A DNA stretch of 50,480 nt from Candidatus Wolfebacteria bacterium (GTDB taxonomy: Bacteria > Patescibacteriota > Minisyncoccia > Phycocordibacterales > NVSU01). The position numbers and the translations under genes were made by a program. Location: contig NVSU01000004.1 in NCBI GenBank assembly GCA_002401345.1, positions 628-51,107 on the forward strand, read 5' to 3'. This document shows positions 44,418 to 50,480 of this stretch, piece by piece. The notes under the pieces are model-generated. The model was not told the DNA's origin. It did not search any database and saw only the letters and a program-made list of their open reading frames with translations. Numbering within the stretch: the stretch's first letter is position 1; each line of letters begins with the position of its first letter.

Positions 44418-45164
44418 TTAAGCCATTTTTTCATGCAATTCAGGAATCCACTCACCTGACCATGATGTTAAATAGTCAGCACCTTTTCTACTTAACACAT
44501 GCAAAGAATTATCGCGCCCATACATGACAACTGAAAAGGCAAATCTATCACTTCGTTTTTGCTTTCTTCCAAATCTTTCCTCATAATAATCAATTGCATT
44601 TGAAAAAAAGCCGCTATGTACCTTTGCGTTAGCAACGGCTTCTATAAAAACAGAAAAGAGATTGAAGTTTATATTACAGAATCTCGCAACATATTCCACA
44701 AATTGTGGATGTGTGACCTTGATATTATGTAAGGCCAATTGTTCGATGATAAATATGGTCATATTCAACTGCTCATCTCTTAAACTATTCGTAATATCTA
44801 ACTCAGTAAGTTTTTCAGTAAAAATAGAAATAACTATTTCATCTCTTCGTTCCTGTGCCTTGTCTGACAATATCCCCTTTTTCTCTTCAGTCAGTTCGAA
44901 ACTGAATATATTTTTTAACAGAGAAATTCGAGGATGAGAAACTTTAGTAATAAAAAGTTTATAAATCTCTATCCTTTTTTTATTGTCGCTAATCTTATCG
45001 ATAACGATAAATTTTTTATCATTAAATAAAAAGTTGCCAAGAACGTGCAAAAATTTTTTATCTCTGTACACATCGAGTGATTCAAGTAGTTTTTTTAAGT
45101 AGGAATATAATTCATCTTCCGAATACTTTAGTACTTCCTTCAGGCGAAATGGTTCTCGTTTCAT
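44418..45164 (-). CDS. Orphan hypothetical protein between ftsA and ftsZ
   Basis: ATG start at 45164. Promoter TTGACA-17-TATATT at 45205-45233. Own terminator. Confidence 0.7.
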   Translation of the reverse strand: MKREPFRLKEVLKYSEDELYSYLKKLLESLDVYRDKKFLHVLGNFLFNDKKFIVIDKISDNKKRIEIYKLFITKVSHPRISLLKNIFSFELTEEKKGILSDKAQERRDEIVISIFTEKLTELDITNSLRDEQLNMTIFIIEQLALHNIKVTHPQFVEYVARFCNINFNLFSVFIEAVANAKVHSGFFSNAIDYYEERFGRKQKRSDRFAFSVVMYGRDNSLHVLSRKGADYLTSWSGEWIPELHEKMA

Positions 45165-45322
45165 ATTAGAATTATTAAAGTTCAACGGTATTATTACCAA
45201 CTACAATATATCATGTTATTAGTGATTTGTCAAATATATCACATAGGTATTTGTTTTTTTGATAATTCTGGTATCATAGAGGCATATAATAATCAAAGGA
45301 GGTTTAGATAATCAATATTTTT

Positions 45323-45382
45323 ACCCCAGTGAAATAGCGACTTCGTCGCTTCTTGCTACACAAGATTTCACGGGGTGATGAT
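45323..45382 (+). repeat. Family-B structured leader element, copy 3 (ftsZ leader)
   Basis: ACCCCAGTGAAAT-AGCGACttcGTCGCT-t-CTTGctacaCAAG-ATTTCACGGGGT-GATGAT, 37 nt before the ATG. Confidence 0.85.
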
Positions 45383-45419
45383 TTTCTGAAGCTCCTTTCA
45401 GTCACCAAGAAAATCTATC

Positions 45420-46598
45420 ATGGCTAAAATTAACCCAGAAATTGAATCATTTGCACGCATCAAGGTTATCGGTGTTGGTGGTGGAGGGAAAAACACTACT
45501 AATCACATGATTAAGTCAAAAATGAAAGGAGTTGAATTCATTGCGATCAATACCGACACGCAAGATCTTCACAATTCCCTTGCTGACGTCAAGATTCACG
45601 CTGGAAAAACTATCACAAAAGGACTTGGTTCAGGAATGGACCCGCTCATAGGACAAAAGGCAGCAGAAGAAAGTATTAATGAAATTGAAGATTCAATGAA
45701 AGGTGCTGATATGGTATTTATTGCCTGTGGAATGGGAGGAGGAACAGGAACAGGAGGTGCACCGGTAATTGCTCGAACAGCAAAGCAGCAAGGAATCCTC
45801 ACTGTCGCTGTAGTAACAAAACCATTCTTCTTTGAAGGTAATCAAAGAATGAGAGTTGCTGAACAAGGAATTCAGGATTTGGAAAAAGAAGTAGATGCGA
45901 TCATCGTTATACCTAATGACAGACTTCTCGCAATTACAGACAAAGATACAAACTTCAAAACTGCATTCGCAATGTGTGATCAGGTTATAAGTCAGGCAGT
46001 AGAAGGTATATCTGATCTCATTACGACTCCTGGAATCATCAACGTGGATTTTGCAGATATTAAACTAATCATGTCCAGCACAGGTTCTGCATTGATGGGT
46101 ATCGGTAGTGCATTCGGTAAAAACAGAGCTGAAGAATCAGCACTCATGGCTATTAACTCCCCTCTCCTTGAACTTTCAATTGATGGAGCACGTGGAGTAC
46201 TATTCTCAATATCAGGTGGAGACGATTTGACTATTCATGAAATCCAAACTGCTGCGAAGATTATCACTGAATCTATTGATAATGATGCAAAGGTAATCTT
46301 CGGAACAATCAAAGACGATAAATTAAAACGAGGAGAAATGAAGGTAACGGTGATTGCAGCTGGTTTTCCATCAAGTGGATCATCAAAACCAACACTTTTC
46401 CAAACATCGGACATTGATACAACTCGAGATGAGTCTACTGACGTGAGTAATTCTCTTCCAATGGAACATGTCAGAAAAGTAGAAAAAAAAACTGAAATAA
46501 GAAAACAACCACAAGAAAAACGAATTATTATTGACGAAGAGGAGGATGATAACTGGAGTGCGATACCTGCTTTTCTAAGACGATCTAATAAAAAATAA
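45420..46598 (+). CDS. ftsZ: Cell division protein FtsZ
   Basis: GVGGGG, GMGGGTGTGG, INVDFAD and the C-terminal IPAFLRR. Confidence 0.99.
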   Translation: MAKINPEIESFARIKVIGVGGGGKNTTNHMIKSKMKGVEFIAINTDTQDLHNSLADVKIHAGKTITKGLGSGMDPLIGQKAAEESINEIEDSMKGADMVFIACGMGGGTGTGGAPVIARTAKQQGILTVAVVTKPFFFEGNQRMRVAEQGIQDLEKEVDAIIVIPNDRLLAITDKDTNFKTAFAMCDQVISQAVEGISDLITTPGIINVDFADIKLIMSSTGSALMGIGSAFGKNRAEESALMAINSPLLELSIDGARGVLFSISGGDDLTIHEIQTAAKIITESIDNDAKVIFGTIKDDKLKRGEMKVTVIAAGFPSSGSSKPTLFQTSDIDTTRDESTDVSNSLPMEHVRKVEKKTEIRKQPQEKRIIIDEEEDDNWSAIPAFLRRSNKK

Positions 46599-46602
46599 AA
46601 TT

Positions 46603-47547
46603 ATGCAATACGATCTTATTATAATCGGCGGAGGTCCTGCTGGTTCAGCTGCTGCAGTCTATGCAGCAAGAAAACAACTTAAGGCACTTCTTATCGCATA
46701 TGAATTTGGTGGTCAGTCGATAGTATCAGACGACATTCAAAACTGGATAGGAACTGTTTCAATTTCAGGTAAAGAGCTCGCTAAAAATCTTAAAGCTCAC
46801 GTTGAGGCATATGCTGATGACATTTTAACTATTCAACAAGGAGAAAATGTAACATCCATTGAAAAAGATCCATCTTCAGAGGTGGAGGGAGAGGGATTTA
46901 TAGTTAAAACAGATAGTGATTCTACGTTTAGTACCAAAACTGTATTAATCTCATCCGGAAGTGGACGTCGAAAGCTTGATGTGAAAGGAGCTGAGGAATT
47001 TGAAAATAAAGGAATCACCTACTGTGCCACATGTGATGGGCCATTATTTTCTGGACAGGATGTGATCGTAATTGGTGGTGGTAATGCAGGCATGGAATCC
47101 GCTGCACAACTTCTTGCATATACAAAAAGTGTCACACTCCTCCATCGAGGAGATGAATATCGAGCAGACAAAATTACTGTAGATAAAGTACTTTCTAATC
47201 CTAAAATGACAGGTATTCTAAATGCGCAAACTATAGAGGTTAAAGGTGATTCTTTTGCAAAATCCCTCGTATACAAAGATACAAACACAGGCGAAGAACA
47301 TGAACTCCAGGCGACAGGTGTGTTTGTTGAAATCGGACAAATTCCTAATACAAGCTTTATAGGTGATGTTGCTGAACTAGATAACTATAAGCGAATCAAA
47401 ATAGATACTCGAAATCAAAAAACTTCACAGCCTGGAATATGGTCTGCGGGAGATTGTAGTGATGTACTCTATCATCAAAACAACATAGCTGCAGGAGATG
47501 CAGTCCGCGCCATTGAAGATATTTTTGTAACACTCCACACTAAATAA
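46603..47547 (+). CDS. Thioredoxin reductase/AhpF-like FAD oxidoreductase
   Basis: GGGPAG, CATCDG, GGGNAG and AGD motifs. Confidence 0.9.
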   Translation: MQYDLIIIGGGPAGSAAAVYAARKQLKALLIAYEFGGQSIVSDDIQNWIGTVSISGKELAKNLKAHVEAYADDILTIQQGENVTSIEKDPSSEVEGEGFIVKTDSDSTFSTKTVLISSGSGRRKLDVKGAEEFENKGITYCATCDGPLFSGQDVIVIGGGNAGMESAAQLLAYTKSVTLLHRGDEYRADKITVDKVLSNPKMTGILNAQTIEVKGDSFAKSLVYKDTNTGEEHELQATGVFVEIGQIPNTSFIGDVAELDNYKRIKIDTRNQKTSQPGIWSAGDCSDVLYHQNNIAAGDAVRAIEDIFVTLHTK

Positions 47548-47549
47548 GA

Positions 47550-48611
47550 ATGATTACCACTCTATTTCAAAATCCAATATTCTCAAATGTTTTTTTGGGA
47601 AATACATTACAGCAATATACTATTGCGCTAATTGCATTTGTTGTATTTTTGATTATCTTGGGCATATTTCGCACAGTCATACTTGCACGTTTAGGGAAAT
47701 TAGCAGCAATAACAGAAACTGATATCGACGACACGGCTGTTAGGGTAATTAAAACACTCAAGCCTCCCTTTTATATCTTTTTATCGTTCTATTTAGCATT
47801 TCAATTCCTTACATTTGAGGCAGTCATAGTAGATCAAGTTGTTAATGTCATTTTTCTTCTATGGATTGTATACCAGGTAATAATCGCACTCTCTGTACTT
47901 GTCGACTACATGATCCAAAAGAAATTAGACAAGGATGAAGGACAAAATGTATTCGCATATTCCATATTAAAAAAAATAGCCAAACTACTTATTTGGCTCT
48001 TTGGAATACTTTTTGTTCTCTCAAATTTTGGAATAGATGTCACATCTCTTATTGCAGGCCTTGGAATTGGTGGAATCGCTATAGCGCTTGCAGTTCAAAA
48101 TATACTTGGTGATCTTCTGAGTTCTTTTGCGATCTACTTTGATAAACCGTTTGAAATTGGTGACTTTATAGTTGTAGGAGATAAAAAGGGAACGGTTGAA
48201 AAAATAGGAATAAAGACTACTCGCCTGCGATCACCCCAGGGTGAAGAAATAATAATGGCCAATAGTAAACTCACCGATGCTCATATTCAGAACTTCAAAA
48301 GAATGGAGGAACGAAGAGTGGTATTTTCCATTGGCGTAGTATATGAAACCTCATCTGACAAACTTAAGAAAATTCCTACCATTGTTAAAAAAATAATCGA
48401 ATCAACCGATGGCGCCCGTTTTGATAGGGTTCATTTCAAATCCTTTGATGATTCCGCATTATCATTTGAAATTTCATACTATGTACTCTCTTCTGAATAC
48501 ACTCAGTATTTAGATATCAATCAATCGATCAACTTTGCCATTAAAGAAACATTTGAAAATGAGAAAATCGATATGGCCTACCCCACTCAAACACTCTACA
48601 TTCAAAAATAA
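47550..48611 (+). CDS. MscS-family mechanosensitive channel
   Basis: AGLGIGGIAIALAVQNILGD, DKPFEIGDFI and GTVEKIGIKTT motifs. Confidence 0.93.
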   Translation: MITTLFQNPIFSNVFLGNTLQQYTIALIAFVVFLIILGIFRTVILARLGKLAAITETDIDDTAVRVIKTLKPPFYIFLSFYLAFQFLTFEAVIVDQVVNVIFLLWIVYQVIIALSVLVDYMIQKKLDKDEGQNVFAYSILKKIAKLLIWLFGILFVLSNFGIDVTSLIAGLGIGGIAIALAVQNILGDLLSSFAIYFDKPFEIGDFIVVGDKKGTVEKIGIKTTRLRSPQGEEIIMANSKLTDAHIQNFKRMEERRVVFSIGVVYETSSDKLKKIPTIVKKIIESTDGARFDRVHFKSFDDSALSFEISYYVLSSEYTQYLDINQSINFAIKETFENEKIDMAYPTQTLYIQK

Positions 48612-48621
48612 GAAATAAAAA

Positions 48622-48646
48622 AAACCCGTCACAACTGTGACGGGTT
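48622..48646. terminator. Terminator between convergent genes
   Basis: AACCCGTCACA-ac-TGTGACGGGTT. Confidence 0.75.
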
Positions 48647-48661
48647 ATTCTGTAGTACAGA

Positions 48662-49333
48662 TCAATGAGGTTTCATACGAGCCAACTCCTTATTAGCAAG
48701 CTCTACATGAAACTCAATAAGAGGTCGATCTTCTCCACAAAGCTTCTCAATGTAATCCACAAAAGGTTGCTTATGAGAGTGTATAAGTTCCTCATATGTT
48801 TCTCTTAATGGAATCGCATGTCTCGGATCTGTAATATCTGGATCTGAAGGTATGAATTCGGGCAAAGGTTTGATTTCAGATACAAAAGAAAGTTCGTTTG
48901 CACCCTTATCTTCATTACGTTCTACAAGCTTGTTTACCTTGAAAAAAAATCTCGGATAATCCATCTTCTTTGTAATCCGATTAAACACTAAATCATTTGA
49001 TGAAAGTGAATAATCATAGACATAATATCCACATTCTTCGAGCCATTCAATTACCAGTACTCTCTCTTTTGAAGATTTGTCTAAATCTCGCTCCCGCTTC
49101 ACAATTAAATCAATTTCGTGTCCTGTAAAAAAAGCCTTCTCAGCGAGTTCTGTAAGAACGTTAATGAATGACTGATCGTATAATGCATATTCATCTGATC
49201 TACCGCCAGGTCCCTTGCAGTTAACTCTGGCTTCATCATACCTATCTTTGTCTAATACAGTAAGAATCTTGTTTTTTTTATCTTTAAACCAACCTGCAAC
49301 AAAAAATTTAGAACCATTTTTATGTGTTCCCAT
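48662..49333 (-). CDS. Orphan, possibly a divergent Nudix-fold protein
   Basis: KGPGGRSDE...IEWLEECGY resembles a split Nudix box. Promoter TTGACT-17-TACTGT at 49386-49414. Confidence 0.55.
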   Translation of the reverse strand: MGTHKNGSKFFVAGWFKDKKNKILTVLDKDRYDEARVNCKGPGGRSDEYALYDQSFINVLTELAEKAFFTGHEIDLIVKRERDLDKSSKERVLVIEWLEECGYYVYDYSLSSNDLVFNRITKKMDYPRFFFKVNKLVERNEDKGANELSFVSEIKPLPEFIPSDPDITDPRHAIPLRETYEELIHSHKQPFVDYIEKLCGEDRPLIEFHVELANKELARMKPH

Positions 49334-49424
49334 TGTTGTTATTATTACTATTTTTTAAAGATCTTCGTGATCTTTTTCTGTATGTACAGTAACATAATTT
49401 GTATTTAAAGTCAAGTAATTGGAT

Positions 49425-50480
49425 GGTACATTCAATCAGTAAGTGCAACACTCTCATTAAATACTTCTAATGGTGTCTTCCATCCAAGGCGTTTCCTTGG
49501 ACGATTATTCAACATATATTCTACCATAGTGATCTGTTCATCCGTTACATTGGCAAAGTCGGTGCCTTTTGGAAAGTACCACCTAATGAGTCCGTTGGTA
49601 TTTTCATTACTACCTCTTTCCCAAGAAGAGTATGGATGAGCAAAATAGACAACTGCATTCAATGTGTCAGTGATTTCTTTGTATCCGGCATTTTCACTGC
49701 CATTGTCTACAGTGAGTGTTCTTCTCAACTTACATGGCAATATATTCAGTCTGTGTACTACTGCGCTCGTAGTTTCGTGAGAAGTGCCATTCTTGATTTT
49801 TGAAATGAAGACGAGCCCTGTTTTTCTTTCAACAAGTGTATTGAGTCCAACCTTGCTTTTTCTGGATACAACAGAATCACCCTCCCAGTGACCAATCTCT
49901 TTTCTCTGTTCGATATGCTCTGGACGCATATCTATGGAAATACCTTTTGCACTAAAGATTCTTTGACCTTTTCGCATTCCTTTCTTTGTTCTCCTTCTGT
50001 GTCTGCGTTTTAGATATTGTCGCAAATCATGATATCCGGGTTTCATGTATCCATGCCCTCCACGATAGACTTGGCTGTAAATGTACTGATAGATCGCTTC
50101 ATGTGAGATTGATTCAGAGGGATATTCTAAATGAAGACGACCTGCTATCTGCTCAGGAGAGAGTCCTGCTTTAAGTCCAGAAACTACATATCGTCTAACA
50201 AACCCACTCTTGAGGCGGAGTTTTCTTCCTCGATTCTTTCTTTGTTTTAATGCTTTCTCATGAGCCAGGCGTGGTGTATATTTCCTTTGAAGAGGGATAT
50301 TTCTTGTGATCTCTCTTGAGATCGACGAAGGAGAGCGTTCAAGTTCTCTTGCAATGGCTCTTACTGACTCCTTATTCCACAGCATTTCTTGTATTTTTTC
50401 GCGCTCCCTGACGCTTAAATGTTGATATTTCATAACACTTGATATATTACCAAGTGTTGCACTTACTTGTTGAACCTAGG
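49425..50480 (-). mobile_element. IS30-family insertion sequence
   Basis: Imperfect 26-bp terminal inverted repeats GGTACATTCAATCAGTAAGTGCAACA and TGTTGCACTTACTTGTTGAACCTAGG enclose the transposase gene. The right end is the last base of the window. Confidence 0.9.
49432..50433 (-). CDS. IS30-family DDE transposase
   Basis: HTH (IARELERSPSSISREI), SPEQIAG, GHWEGD, TVDNGSE, ERGSNENTNGLIR and NNRPRKRLGWKTP motifs. Confidence 0.97.
   Translation of the reverse strand: MKYQHLSVREREKIQEMLWNKESVRAIARELERSPSSISREITRNIPLQRKYTPRLAHEKALKQRKNRGRKLRLKSGFVRRYVVSGLKAGLSPEQIAGRLHLEYPSESISHEAIYQYIYSQVYRGGHGYMKPGYHDLRQYLKRRHRRRTKKGMRKGQRIFSAKGISIDMRPEHIEQRKEIGHWEGDSVVSRKSKVGLNTLVERKTGLVFISKIKNGTSHETTSAVVHRLNILPCKLRRTLTVDNGSENAGYKEITDTLNAVVYFAHPYSSWERGSNENTNGLIRWYFPKGTDFANVTDEQITMVEYMLNNRPRKRLGWKTPLEVFNESVALTD

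Noticed and set aside
4983-50174. Numerous 60-150 aa ORFs overlapping core genes
   Set aside because: Antisense or out-of-frame shadows of confidently identified genes, with no independent signals.
49425-50480. IS30 as mobiliser of the small inverted-repeat elements
   Set aside because: Its terminal repeats share no sequence with the CCCG/CGGG-type ends, and IS30 elements typically make 2-3 bp duplications rather than the 5-bp ATGAA.
1-50480. Alternative genetic code (UGA recoding as in Gracilibacteria/Absconditabacteria)
   Set aside because: Core genes translate full length in code 11 with no internal TGA.

Overview
AT-rich bacterial chromosomal segment in the standard genetic code. Its gene content and streamlined proteins point to Patescibacteria/CPR, probably Parcubacteria; this is an inference, not a database result. 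The housekeeping backbone is tsaD, valS, cysS, grpE-dnaK-dnaJ, infA-rpmJ-rpsM-rpsK-rpsD-rpoA-rplQ-rplM-rpsI, alaS, mnmA, mltG, rseP, frr, mreB, priA, rpsU, ybeY, ftsA and ftsZ. tRNA-Val, tRNA-Phe and tRNA-Arg genes are present, and a complete IS30-family element ends at the last base of the window. Two layers are not explained by that backbone. (1) A set of small, structured, non-coding inverted-repeat insertions, most with CCC...GGG termini, sits at precise functional sites. Some duplicate the ATGAA start of genes (4 units). Two lie after G10 in the D-stems of different tRNA genes. Three lie in the 5' leaders of mreB, ftsZ and an exonuclease gene. Others are in frame inside mnmA and dnaK, and they stack and nest inside each other. 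(2) About ten orphan single-gene units lie between core genes, most with a canonical sigma70 promoter, a boxA-like leader motif and an intrinsic terminator. The tRNA-Arg locus appears to contain a tRNA nested inside another tRNA gene, next to a 1.2-kb regulator cassette flanked by a 29-bp duplication of the tRNA 3' end.
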